Positions 26,988 through 36,625 of a stretch of 53,649 bases of DNA are shown piece by piece; the stretch's first letter is position 1; every line of letters starts with the position of its first letter. The position numbers and the translations under genes are program-made. The stretch spans positions 1 through 53,649 of the forward strand of contig CAMZKQ010000240.1 in NCBI GenBank assembly GCA_947311265.1. The letters are read 5' to 3'. The notes below the pieces were generated by a model. It saw only the letters and a program-made list of their open reading frames with translations. It was not told the origin of the DNA and did no database searches. This DNA is from an uncultured Chlorobiota bacterium (GTDB lineage: Bacteria; Bacteroidota; Bacteroidia; Bacteroidales; JAADGE01).

Positions 26988-29900
26988 ATGCAAGCATACA
27001 ACCAACTCACAGATAAGCTCGATAACTTTATCAGAAAGTTCTATAAAAACCGACTCCTTAGAGGCAGTATTATTGTTGCGGTATTACTTACAACAGCCTT
27101 CGTTTTTGCTGCTCTGGCAGAATACTATGGGCATTTTTCAATCCCTGTACGAACAGCAATTTTTTACAGCTTTATAGGCGGAGCACTCTATATACTTGGT
27201 AACTATGTAGTTATACCTCTCATAAAATTATTTAAACTCGGAAAAACACTCTCTTATAAAGAAGCCTCTGAAATAATTACCCAGCACTTTTCTCAAATTC
27301 AAGATAAACTATTAAACACCCTTGAGCTACACGAACTTAATAAAAATAACAAGCAGCCAGACCCTTTACTAACGGCAAGTATCGAACAAAAAATAGGACA
27401 AATCACTATTTTTCCATTTCGAAAAGCAGTTAATTATAAAGAGAATTACAAGTACCTTAAATACTTAGCAGTAGCACTGCTACTTTTCGGAGGATTACTG
27501 ATATACTCACCATCAATATTTTTTGAAAGCACCGCCAGAATCGTAAACCACTCCAACTTTTACCAACAGCCTGCCCCCTTCTCATTTCTACTTTTAAACG
27601 ACACTCTTACAGCAAAAAAAGGCGATGATTTTACCGTAAAAGTACAAATGGAAGGAGAGTATATACCTGATAATGTGAATATTACATACGGAAGTAACAC
27701 TTTTGCAATGCACAAAAAAAACAAAACTACTTTCGAGTATAATTTTAGAAACCTAAATAATTCGCTCGATTTTAAGTTGGCTGCCGAAGAATTTTCAACA
27801 AAAAATTACACCATAAAAGTTTTACCATCACCCACAGTTATCCACTTTTCTCTCTTTGCAGACGTGCCAGATTACACAGGAGAACCTGATAAAACTTATA
27901 AAAATACAGGAGACTTAACAGTCCCTTACGGCACAAAATTAAACTGGAACTTTATTACTAAAAATATAAGTAAATTAAGTTTCACCGCCAACGATTCTCT
28001 TACTAGCTTAGCCGATAAAAATGGAGATATTTTTTCAATCTCAAAAAAAGCAAAAGCCTCTTTCGACTACTCCATCACAATAGAAAACGAATTTTTCTCT
28101 GGCGAGAAATTAGTAGAATATAACATCACAGTTGTACCAGATTTATTTCCGGCAATACAGGTTAATGAACTAAAAGACTCTGCCAACTTTTTCCTCACTT
28201 ACTTCCGGGGAAATATTGGCGACGATTATGGCGTGCGTAGGCTGACGTTTAATTACCGGATTATCAACCCCGAATCAAATACGCAAAGCTCAGCAGCTTA
28301 CGAAAAACTAAATATACAGATAACTCCTTCCTTACTAAAGCAAGAATTTTACTATCTCTTTAATTTTTCTGATATAAAAATCCCGGAAGGGAAAGTGGCA
28401 GAATATTTTTTCCAAGTTTGGGATAACGATGGGGTGAGAGGAAGCAAATCGTCCAGAACAGAAATTAACCAATTTAAAGTCCCTAGCTATTCTGAAATTA
28501 CTCAAATGCAAGAGCAAGCCAACAATGAAATTCAAGAAAATGTTGAAAAAGCAGCCAGCTTAGCAAAAGAATTACAGAAAGAAATTGCTAAAATGAGGCA
28601 AAAATCATTAAACGGAGAAATGTCCGATTGGGAGCAGAACCAAATGCTCAAAAATATAATGGAAAAACAAAGCCAGTTGCAAGACATTATTCAGCAAAAT
28701 GCTGAAAAAAATAAAGCCAAAAACCAAATGCAAAATGAAATGTCCGAAGAAGAAAAAGCTCTGCTCGAAAAGCAAAAGCAAATAGAAGAACTCATGGAAA
28801 ATGTAATGACCGATGAAATGAAAGACTTACTAAAACAAATTGAAGAATTACAAAACAATTTTGATAAGAAAAAGCTAGATGAAATTTCGGAAGAAATGGA
28901 AATGTCTATGGAGGATATGCAAAAACAGTTGGATAGAAACCTTGAAATGTTGAAGCGTTTTGAAGTAGAACAAAAAGTAGATAATATAATTAATGAATTA
29001 GAAGAACTTGCCGAAGAACAAGAAGAGCTTGCACAAGATACTGAAAATAAGCTAGATACAAAAAAAAATCTGGAAGATAAGCAAAAACAACTCAATGAAA
29101 AATTTAAGAAACTTAATGAAGAATATAAGAAAGCACAGGAAATGAACGAGGAATTAAAATCGCCTATGGATATGGACGAAATGGCAGAAGACCAAGAGGC
29201 AATCGAAGAAGATATGGGCGATTCAGAAGAAAAATTATCGAAAGGTAAGAATAAAAAGGCCTCAAAATCACAAAAATCAGCCGCTAAAAAAATGAAAAAA
29301 TTAGGCAAAAAAATGAAATCCATGATGGAAGCAAATAGTGCCGAAGAGAAAACCGAAAGCATAGAAAATCTCAGGCAAATAGCAGACAATTTAATTACTT
29401 TCTCCTTTCGCCAAGAGGAATTAATGGCTAACATTAAAGGTGTTTACATGAACGACCCAAAATACCTAGAATATACCAAAGACCAACTCAACCTAAACGA
29501 TGATTTTTCCGTAATTAGAGATTCCCTATACGCATTGGCAGAACGTGTGCCACAGATAAATACAACCGTATCAAAAGAAGTATTATCCATCGAAAAAAAT
29601 GCCAAAAAAAGTGCCAAAGCACTCGATAGTAGAAAGAAAAGACTAGCACAAATTCGCCAGCAAGAAACAATGACTTCGGCAAATAACTTGGCACTACTGC
29701 TTTCGCAGATTCTTGAACAAATGCAAAACCAACAAGATGGCGATGGGGAGGGCGGAGAAGGAAAACCCAAACCCGGAAAAGGAAAACCCGGCAAAGGAAA
29801 ATCTGGGCAAGGCGGAAAGCCATCAATGGCAGGCATGAAAAGCATGCAGAAATCATTGAAAAAACAGCTCGAAGAAATGCTAAAACAAATGAAAGAAGGC

Positions 29901-30371
29901 GGCAAAAATCCCGGAGGAAAAGGAGGGCAAGGCACAATGGGAAGCAAAGGCGATAAAATGATAGCAAAAATGTTGGCACAACAAGAAATTTTACGACAAA
30001 TGCTTAAAGACATGAAAGCTAAAAATAACCTTAGCCCAGGCACACAGCGTATCCTAAACGAAATAGACAAGATGGCAGAACAGAACGAAAAAGATTTTGT
30101 AAACAAGAAAATAACCCCAGAACTACTACGCCGACAAAAAATGATTACAACAAGAATGCTCGAAGCAGAAAAAGCAGAAGACGAAAGAGAACAAGACAAG
30201 AAAAGAAAATCTGCACAAGGCAAAGAAAAAAAATACCAGTCGCCAGAAGACTTCTTTAAAGAGAAAAATAACAACCAAGGGTTTAAAGAAAACCTATACC
30301 AAAACTCACTCAAAATGAGAAATTTTTACAAAAGTTTATACGATAATTACGCTGATAAAATAAACCAATAA
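26988..30371 (+). CDS. Large membrane-anchored coiled-coil protein, DUF4175-like
   Basis: 1127 aa. Two N-terminal TM helices, a ~450-aa beta-rich region, then ~600 aa of extremely E/K/Q-rich coiled coil containing a G/K/P tract (GDGEGGEGKPKPGKGKPGKGKSGQGGKP). The family name is assigned from memory of Bacteroidota proteins with this architecture. Confidence 0.55.
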   Translation: MQAYNQLTDKLDNFIRKFYKNRLLRGSIIVAVLLTTAFVFAALAEYYGHFSIPVRTAIFYSFIGGALYILGNYVVIPLIKLFKLGKTLSYKEASEIITQHFSQIQDKLLNTLELHELNKNNKQPDPLLTASIEQKIGQITIFPFRKAVNYKENYKYLKYLAVALLLFGGLLIYSPSIFFESTARIVNHSNFYQQPAPFSFLLLNDTLTAKKGDDFTVKVQMEGEYIPDNVNITYGSNTFAMHKKNKTTFEYNFRNLNNSLDFKLAAEEFSTKNYTIKVLPSPTVIHFSLFADVPDYTGEPDKTYKNTGDLTVPYGTKLNWNFITKNISKLSFTANDSLTSLADKNGDIFSISKKAKASFDYSITIENEFFSGEKLVEYNITVVPDLFPAIQVNELKDSANFFLTYFRGNIGDDYGVRRLTFNYRIINPESNTQSSAAYEKLNIQITPSLLKQEFYYLFNFSDIKIPEGKVAEYFFQVWDNDGVRGSKSSRTEINQFKVPSYSEITQMQEQANNEIQENVEKAASLAKELQKEIAKMRQKSLNGEMSDWEQNQMLKNIMEKQSQLQDIIQQNAEKNKAKNQMQNEMSEEEKALLEKQKQIEELMENVMTDEMKDLLKQIEELQNNFDKKKLDEISEEMEMSMEDMQKQLDRNLEMLKRFEVEQKVDNIINELEELAEEQEELAQDTENKLDTKKNLEDKQKQLNEKFKKLNEEYKKAQEMNEELKSPMDMDEMAEDQEAIEEDMGDSEEKLSKGKNKKASKSQKSAAKKMKKLGKKMKSMMEANSAEEKTESIENLRQIADNLITFSFRQEELMANIKGVYMNDPKYLEYTKDQLNLNDDFSVIRDSLYALAERVPQINTTVSKEVLSIEKNAKKSAKALDSRKKRLAQIRQQETMTSANNLALLLSQILEQMQNQQDGDGEGGEGKPKPGKGKPGKGKSGQGGKPSMAGMKSMQKSLKKQLEEMLKQMKEGGKNPGGKGGQGTMGSKGDKMIAKMLAQQEILRQMLKDMKAKNNLSPGTQRILNEIDKMAEQNEKDFVNKKITPELLRRQKMITTRMLEAEKAEDEREQDKKRKSAQGKEKKYQSPEDFFKEKNNNQGFKENLYQNSLKMRNFYKSLYDNYADKINQ

Positions 30372-30806
30372 ATGGCAATATTTTTCTATAAAGAAGAAAC
30401 AAAATTTGAACTTCAACAAAAAATGAAATTCAAACGATGGATTAGGGCAACAATCCAAGAAGAAAAAAGCAAAACAGGCGACCTTACATTCGTCTTTTGC
30501 TCCGATGAGTACCTTCTGCAAATGAACAACCAGTACCTTTCGCACGACTATTATACCGACGTAATTACCTTCGATTACACCGAAGAAGACCAAATTACAG
30601 GCGATATTTTTATCAGCATAGACCGTGTAAAAGACAATGCAAAAGCACTGGAAATTGAATTTCAGAAAGAACTACAGCGAGTAATTATACATGGCGTTCT
30701 GCACCTTTTAGGATACAAAGACAAAACAAAAATAGAAATTAGAAAGATGCGGCAGAAAGAAAATTATTACATTGCCAAAATTACCCAATTCCAAAAGAAA
30801 AAATAG
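30372..30806 (+). CDS. ybeY: rRNA maturation RNase YbeY
   Basis: 144 aa with the HGVLHLLGY zinc motif. The ATG immediately follows the TAA of the upstream gene. Confidence 0.9.
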   Translation: MAIFFYKEETKFELQQKMKFKRWIRATIQEEKSKTGDLTFVFCSDEYLLQMNNQYLSHDYYTDVITFDYTEEDQITGDIFISIDRVKDNAKALEIEFQKELQRVIIHGVLHLLGYKDKTKIEIRKMRQKENYYIAKITQFQKKK

Positions 30807-30861
30807 AGTAGGGGACTACCCTTTTTTATCAAAATAAAAATAAAAAAAAGAGAAACAAAGA

Positions 30862-32733
30862 ATGACAAAATACGATATAATTGTAGTAGGAGCAGGGCAC
30901 GCCGGTAGCGAAGCCGCCGTTGCAAGTGCAAAGCTCGGAGCAAAAACATTGCTCATAACTGCAAATATGAACAATATCGCACAAATGTCCTGCAACCCAG
31001 CAGTAGGAGGCGTTGCCAAAGGGCAAATAGTGAGAGAAATAGATGCCCTCGGCGGGCAAATGGGAATCATAGCCGACAAAACAAGCATACAATTCCGTAT
31101 GCTCAATCGCTCCAAAGGCCCCGCCATGTGGAGCCCCAGAGTACAATCCGACAGAATGCAATTCTCCGCCCAATGGCGTACCGTACTCGAAAATACCGAT
31201 AACCTCGATATGTGGCAAGACATGGTTTCAGGACTGCTTATCGAAGATAAAAAAATCTACGGCGTAAGAACAAAATTAGGCGTAGAATTTACCGCCCAAG
31301 CCGTAATCCTTACCAACGGTACTTTCCTAAACGGCTTAATGCACGTAGGAAAATCCAAAGCCAAAGGCGGCAGAATTTCAGAAGCCGCCTCCTACGGACT
31401 CTCCGAAGAACTCGACGGCGTAGGCATTCCGCTTGGGCGGATGAAAACAGGAACACCTGCTCGATTAGATGGAAGAACCATAAATTTTGAGGTGTTAGAA
31501 GAACAAAAAGGCGAAGAGAAAAATACAGGATTTTCCTTCCTACCCAATATAGAAAATAACCTAAAGCAACGAAGTTGCTACATCACCCACACCAACGCCA
31601 CCGCCCATAACGTACTCCGAACAGGCTTCGACGATTCGCCCCTTTTTAACGGGCAAATACAAGGACTCGGACCACGCTACTGCCCCAGTATTGAAGACAA
31701 ATTAGTAACCTTTGCAGGAAGAGATGCACACCAACTTTTCCTCGAACCCGAAGGCGAAACTACACACGAATACTATGTAAATGGATTTTCCTCATCGTTG
31801 CCACTGCAAGTGCAATTCGATGCCTTGCGGAAAATGAAAGGCTTAGAAAACGTAAAAATGTACCGACCAGGTTACGCCATAGAGTACGATTATTTCGACC
31901 CATCGTACCTCAATCATACATTAGAATCTAAAATTGTATCAGGGCTTTTTCTGGCAGGGCAAGTAAATGGCACAACAGGCTACGAAGAAGCCGCCGCACA
32001 AGGACTTATGGCAGGCATAAATGCCGCAAGAAAACGACAAGGAAAAGACGAATTTATACTGCGAAGAGACCAAGCATATATTGGCGTTTTAATTGACGAC
32101 CTTGTAACCAAAGGCGTAAACGAACCTTACCGAATGTTTACATCTAGAGCAGAATACCGTATCTTGCTTCGGCAAGATAATGCCGATTTGCGTTTAACCG
32201 AGCTTGGATTTTCAATAGGACTTGCTGATAATTTCAGAAATGAAAGAGTCATCAAAAAACAGAAAATGATAAATACTGTAGTTGATTTTTTTACAAAATA
32301 TAGCATAGCACCTTCCGAAGCAGACCCCATTTTAAAAGACCAAAATTCGCCTTTGCTTTCGCAGAAGAAAAAAATAATCAACCTAATACTTCGCCCTGAA
32401 ATCAATATATTTCATTTTGTGGGAAGAGTTTGGGACTTTGACTTGTTAATTAAAGAATTTGCCGATTTGCAAAAAGAAGTCTTAGAAGAAGCCAATATCC
32501 TGATGAAATATCAAGGCTATATAGAGAGAGAAAAGCTATTGGCAGAAAAATCATTGCGGTTGGAATATGTGAAAATTCCTGATGCCTTTGATTACTCAAA
32601 ATTACAATCCATCTCCAACGAAGCACGAGCAAAATTGGATAAAATTAGACCCAAAAATATAGGACAAGCCTCTCGTATTTCCGGAGTTTCGCCTTCTGAT
32701 ATTAGTGTGTTGCTTATATTTTTAGGAAGATAA
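30862..32733 (+). CDS. mnmG: tRNA uridine-5-carboxymethylaminomethyl(34) synthesis enzyme MnmG (GidA)
   Basis: 623 aa. FAD motif [16 protein letters not shown], and [24 protein letters not shown], typical of the family throughout. Confidence 0.95.
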   Translation: MTKYDIIVVGAGHAGSEAAVASAKLGAKTLLITANMNNIAQMSCNPAVGGVAKGQIVREIDALGGQMGIIADKTSIQFRMLNRSKGPAMWSPRVQSDRMQFSAQWRTVLENTDNLDMWQDMVSGLLIEDKKIYGVRTKLGVEFTAQAVILTNGTFLNGLMHVGKSKAKGGRISEAASYGLSEELDGVGIPLGRMKTGTPARLDGRTINFEVLEEQKGEEKNTGFSFLPNIENNLKQRSCYITHTNATAHNVLRTGFDDSPLFNGQIQGLGPRYCPSIEDKLVTFAGRDAHQLFLEPEGETTHEYYVNGFSSSLPLQVQFDALRKMKGLENVKMYRPGYAIEYDYFDPSYLNHTLESKIVSGLFLAGQVNGTTGYEEAAAQGLMAGINAARKRQGKDEFILRRDQAYIGVLIDDLVTKGVNEPYRMFTSRAEYRILLRQDNADLRLTELGFSIGLADNFRNERVIKKQKMINTVVDFFTKYSIAPSEADPILKDQNSPLLSQKKKIINLILRPEINIFHFVGRVWDFDLLIKEFADLQKEVLEEANILMKYQGYIEREKLLAEKSLRLEYVKIPDAFDYSKLQSISNEARAKLDKIRPKNIGQASRISGVSPSDISVLLIFLGR

Positions 32734-32778
32734 ATAAATAAAAATCCTGCAATTCGCTGAAATTGTAGTCGTTAGTTT

Positions 32779-32800
32779 AAGTGTTCCACGTGGAACACTT
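32779..32800. repeat. Perfect 22-nt palindrome AAGTGTTCCACGTGGAACACTT (copy 1); also a plausible mnmG terminator hairpin
   Basis: Self-complementary around a CACGTG core. It lies 46 nt after the mnmG stop, is followed by TTTTT, and sits 22 nt upstream of the ade ATG. Confidence 0.8.
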
Positions 32801-32821
32801 TTTATATAAAATAGAAATAAA

Positions 32822-34447
32822 ATGAAATCAATAAAAGGAAATATTATAGACGTTGTAGGCAAACAAATCTATACAGGTGAAATTTTTTATGAGAATGGCA
32901 AGCTCGTTCGGATTGAGAAAAAAAAGGTAGAAGAGCAAATTTATATCTTACCTGGGCTTATAGATGCACACATTCATATAGAAAGTTCAATGCTTGTGCC
33001 AGTACAATTTGCAAGGCTGGCAGTTCGCCACGGAACAACATCGGTAGTTGCCGACCCACACGAAATAGCAAATGTGTTGGGCGTATTTGGGGTGGATTAT
33101 ATGATAGATAATGCCTCTAAAACACCGTTCAAATTTAACTGGGGAGCACCCTCTTGCGTTCCAGCAACAGGCTTTGAAACCTCTGGGGCAGAGTTAAATC
33201 CCAAGCATATTGCAGAACTTTTGGGGCGAAAAGAAATCGTTTGCCTATCCGAAATGATGAATTTTCCGGCAGTAATCGGGCAAGACAAAGCAACAGTAGC
33301 CATGCTAAATGCAAGCAAAGCAAACAGCAAACCTATTGATGGGCATGCACCTATGCTTACAGGAAAAACCTTGCAGGCTTACGCCGAAGGCGGAATTACT
33401 ACCGACCACGAAAGCTCAACAATAAAAGAAGCTGAGGAAAAAATAGCATTGGGCATAAAGCTGCTCATCAGAGAAGGAAGTGCTGCCAAGAATTTTGAAC
33501 AACTTTATCCTTTAATAGATAAATATCCCACCGAAGTAATGCTATGCTCGGACGATAGACACCCCGACGACTTAGAAGAAGAACATGTTAGCTCTTTTGT
33601 GAAAAGAGCACTGGATAAAGGCTGCGATTTTTTCAATACCCTGCGTGCTGCCACTTATAACCCGGTAAAACACTACAATTTAGATGCCGGGTTATTACAA
33701 GAAAACGATGCTGCTGATTTTATTGTAGTGGATAATTTAAAAGATTTTAATGTGCTAAAAACTGTAATTTTGGGTGAAACTGTTTTTGATAATGATAAAG
33801 TACTTTTGCCAAATATAGAATCTGACATTGTGAATTATTTCAATAGAAAAGAAATAAAACAGGAGGATATAAAACTACCTGCCCAGAGCTCTAAAATACG
33901 AGTAATAAAAGCCATTGATGGCGATTTGCTTACCACACAGTTTGTTGCTGACACTAAAATTATTGATGGTTTTGCTGTTTCAAATACAGGAACAGATGTC
34001 CTGAAAATTGTTGTAATAAATAGGTACGATGCAACTGCCAAGCCAGTCATAGGTTTTATTAATGGCTTTGATTTGAAAAAAGGAGCTATTTGTGGAAGCA
34101 TTGCACACGATAGTCACAACCTTATCGCCGTAGGCGTTTCCGATGAAGATATAGTAAATGCCGTTAATTCTGTGGTGAAGCATAAAGGGGGAATTGCTTT
34201 TGTATGTGGAGATACAAATTCGATTCTACCACTTCCTGTGGCGGGCTTAATGTCGGAAGAAGATGGTAAAATTGTTTCTGAAAAATATTCTAAAATAAAT
34301 AAAATTCCTGGTGAGTATGGCTGCAAATTAAATAGCCCATTTATGACCTTATCATTCATGGCATTGCTCGTTATTCCTGAACTTAAAATTGGAGATAAAG
34401 GCTTGTTTGACGGTTCTAAATTTAGCTTTACAAATTTATTTGTTTAG
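32822..34447 (+). CDS. ade: Adenine deaminase
   Basis: 541 aa. Amidohydrolase HxH in the adenine deaminase context (LPGLIDAHIHIESSML). The length and C-terminal domain are typical of Ade. Confidence 0.85.
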   Translation: MKSIKGNIIDVVGKQIYTGEIFYENGKLVRIEKKKVEEQIYILPGLIDAHIHIESSMLVPVQFARLAVRHGTTSVVADPHEIANVLGVFGVDYMIDNASKTPFKFNWGAPSCVPATGFETSGAELNPKHIAELLGRKEIVCLSEMMNFPAVIGQDKATVAMLNASKANSKPIDGHAPMLTGKTLQAYAEGGITTDHESSTIKEAEEKIALGIKLLIREGSAAKNFEQLYPLIDKYPTEVMLCSDDRHPDDLEEEHVSSFVKRALDKGCDFFNTLRAATYNPVKHYNLDAGLLQENDAADFIVVDNLKDFNVLKTVILGETVFDNDKVLLPNIESDIVNYFNRKEIKQEDIKLPAQSSKIRVIKAIDGDLLTTQFVADTKIIDGFAVSNTGTDVLKIVVINRYDATAKPVIGFINGFDLKKGAICGSIAHDSHNLIAVGVSDEDIVNAVNSVVKHKGGIAFVCGDTNSILPLPVAGLMSEEDGKIVSEKYSKINKIPGEYGCKLNSPFMTLSFMALLVIPELKIGDKGLFDGSKFSFTNLFV

Positions 34448-34500
34448 TGTATTATGAAAAATAAAATAGCCTAACTTGTTAATAATCTGATATATCTATA

Positions 34501-34520
34501 AAGTGTTCCACGTGGAACGC
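34501..34520. repeat. Palindrome copy 2: AAGTGTTCCACGTGGAACGC
   Basis: The first 18 nt are identical to copy 1, and one A-to-G change keeps pairing as G-U. It lies 54 nt after the ade stop and 30 nt upstream of the uvrC ATG. No T-run follows it. Confidence 0.8.
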
Positions 34521-34549
34521 TCTATAAATGAGTTTCTAAATTAAATTAA

Positions 34550-36376
34550 ATGAGCGAAAAAAAAACGCTTCTTGAAGAATTAAAAATCCTTGCCAAAAGT
34601 ATGCCAGAACTCCCCGGAGTTTATCGCTATCTTGATGGTGAGGAAAATGTAATTTATGTTGGAAAAGCAAAGAATTTAAAAAAACGAGTACTCTCTTATT
34701 TTACAAAAAAATACGACAATAATAAAACAGCAGTTTTGGTTAAAAATATCCGCAAAATAAAACACTTTGTGGTGGAAACTGAAACAGATGCACTACTTTT
34801 AGAAAACAATTTAATTAAGAAATACCGACCTCGCTATAATATACTATTGAAGGACGATAAGAGTTACCCTTGGATTTGCATTAAAAACGAACCATTCCCA
34901 CGAGTTTTTCAAACTCGTAATGTAATTAAAGACGGTTCGGACTATTTTGGTCCTTATACCTCTGTACGCCTAGTGCGTATTTTGCTCGAAATGTTTAAAA
35001 AATTATTTCAGCTAAGAACTTGTAAACTCAACCTTTCGGAGGGGAATATACAAAAAGGAAAGTATAAAGTCTGCTTAGATTATCATTTGGGCAACTGCAA
35101 AGCCCCTTGTGTACAGAAGCAAGAATTGAGAGAGTACGATGAGCACATCATACAAATAAAAAATATCCTGAAAGGAAACACAAAGAAAGCCATACAATTC
35201 CTTACCGAAAAAATGCAAGAATATGCTCAGAATTTAGAGTTTGAAAAGGCACAAACCACAAAAGAAAACTTAGACCTTCTGAAAGAATACCAAATAAAAT
35301 CAACCGTAGTAAGCCCATCACTCAGGAATATAGACGTTTTTTCAATCATTAATGATGATAAAAATGCCTTTGTTAATTTCCTTAAAATTGTAAATGGCTC
35401 AATAATCCAAGTGCATACGGCGGAGATAAAAAAGAAACTTGATGAAACAAAAGAGGATTTGCTTAGCTTTGCAATTACTGATTTTATCCAAACTAAAATG
35501 AATGGATTTACGAATGCAGAAGAGTTTATAGTCTCATTTCCGCTTGACTTTTCTTACGAAAAAGTGAAAATTACAGTCCCACAAATAGGGGATAAGAAGA
35601 AACTTTTGGAGCTTTCGGAGCGGAATTTAAAATATTACAAATTAGAAAAATTGAAGCACCAGACCCTTATAGACCCACAGCGGCACGCCAAACGCATCAT
35701 GCGTACCATGCAAGCAGATTTGCGGCTACAGGAACGCCCTATACATATTGAGTGTTTTGATAATTCTAACATACAAGGTACAAACCCAGTGGCAGCTTGT
35801 GTGGTTTTCAGGCATGGAAAACCTGCAAAAAAAGACTACCGAAAATTCAAAATTAAGACCGTAGAAGGGCCTGATGATTTTGCATCTATGGAAGAAATAA
35901 TTTACCGCAGGTACAAACGCCTACTTGATGAGAAGCAAGATTTGCCACAATTAATTATTGTTGATGGAGGAAAAGGGCAGCTTTCTGCTGCCTTAAAAAG
36001 TTTAGAAAAATTAAATTTACGAGGAAAAATTGCCATCATAGGCATTGCAAAACGGCTCGAAGAAATTTACTTTCCGGGCGATAGTGTACCTCTTTATTTG
36101 GATAAAAATTCGGAGACATTAAAAATAATCCAGTTTGCCAGAAACGAAGCTCACCGCTTCGGGATAACTTTTCATAGAAACAAACGCTCCGAAAAATTTA
36201 TAAAATCGGAGCTTGAAAATATAAAAGGAATAGGGGAGGGGACAGCCATAAAACTTTTGCAAGAATTTAAAACAGTAAAAGCAATTTCAAAATTAAAATT
36301 AAATGAAATTGAAATTTCAATAGGAAAATCCAAAGCAAAACTAATTTTTGACTATTTTGAGCAAAAAATGAGCTAG
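34550..36376 (+). CDS. uvrC: Excinuclease ABC subunit UvrC
   Basis: 608 aa. GIY-YIG N-terminus (PGVYRYLDGEENVIYVGKAKNLKKRV), UVR domain, and C-terminal endonuclease plus HhH region. Confidence 0.95.
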   Translation: MSEKKTLLEELKILAKSMPELPGVYRYLDGEENVIYVGKAKNLKKRVLSYFTKKYDNNKTAVLVKNIRKIKHFVVETETDALLLENNLIKKYRPRYNILLKDDKSYPWICIKNEPFPRVFQTRNVIKDGSDYFGPYTSVRLVRILLEMFKKLFQLRTCKLNLSEGNIQKGKYKVCLDYHLGNCKAPCVQKQELREYDEHIIQIKNILKGNTKKAIQFLTEKMQEYAQNLEFEKAQTTKENLDLLKEYQIKSTVVSPSLRNIDVFSIINDDKNAFVNFLKIVNGSIIQVHTAEIKKKLDETKEDLLSFAITDFIQTKMNGFTNAEEFIVSFPLDFSYEKVKITVPQIGDKKKLLELSERNLKYYKLEKLKHQTLIDPQRHAKRIMRTMQADLRLQERPIHIECFDNSNIQGTNPVAACVVFRHGKPAKKDYRKFKIKTVEGPDDFASMEEIIYRRYKRLLDEKQDLPQLIIVDGGKGQLSAALKSLEKLNLRGKIAIIGIAKRLEEIYFPGDSVPLYLDKNSETLKIIQFARNEAHRFGITFHRNKRSEKFIKSELENIKGIGEGTAIKLLQEFKTVKAISKLKLNEIEISIGKSKAKLIFDYFEQKMS

Positions 36377-36625
36377 AATATATTTTTAAGGGATATTTAT
36401 TAATATGATTTAATTTACTGAAAACTAGATATTTAGAATCTATTTTTAGCCGTTTTAACTCCACGAGAATTAAATACAATTTCAAAACACAACAAGGGTA
36501 CTGTATAGCTTGTTCTGAAAGCCTTAAATTCCTTTATTTATCCAAAAATATTTTTTATATTTACATTAGGAAAGTTTTATTTATTCTAAAATTTAAACTT
36601 CCTAATTATTAAAGCTAAGATTAAA

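Noticed and set aside
28691-30313. Very long antisense ORFs (247, 289 and 154 aa) inside the DUF4175-like gene.
   Set aside because: They are the mirror image of an extremely GAA/AAA/AAG-rich coding strand, and TTC/TTT-rich antisense sequence rarely forms stops. Their products are low-complexity S/F/L strings with no start context. The sense frame is one continuous 1127-aa ORF.
32734-32821. Purine riboswitch upstream of adenine deaminase, and likewise upstream of nupG at 50582-50640.
   Set aside because: Both leaders are too short (88 and 59 nt) and lack the conserved three-way-junction sequence. The only structure upstream of ade is the 22-nt palindrome.
36267-36485. 72-aa minus-strand ORF spanning the uvrC 3' end and spacer, and the 75-aa ORF at 41673-41900 over the ftsX promoter and start.
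   Set aside because: Both are low-complexity, AT-driven ORFs overlapping well-supported genes or promoter regions, with no recognisable domain or start context.
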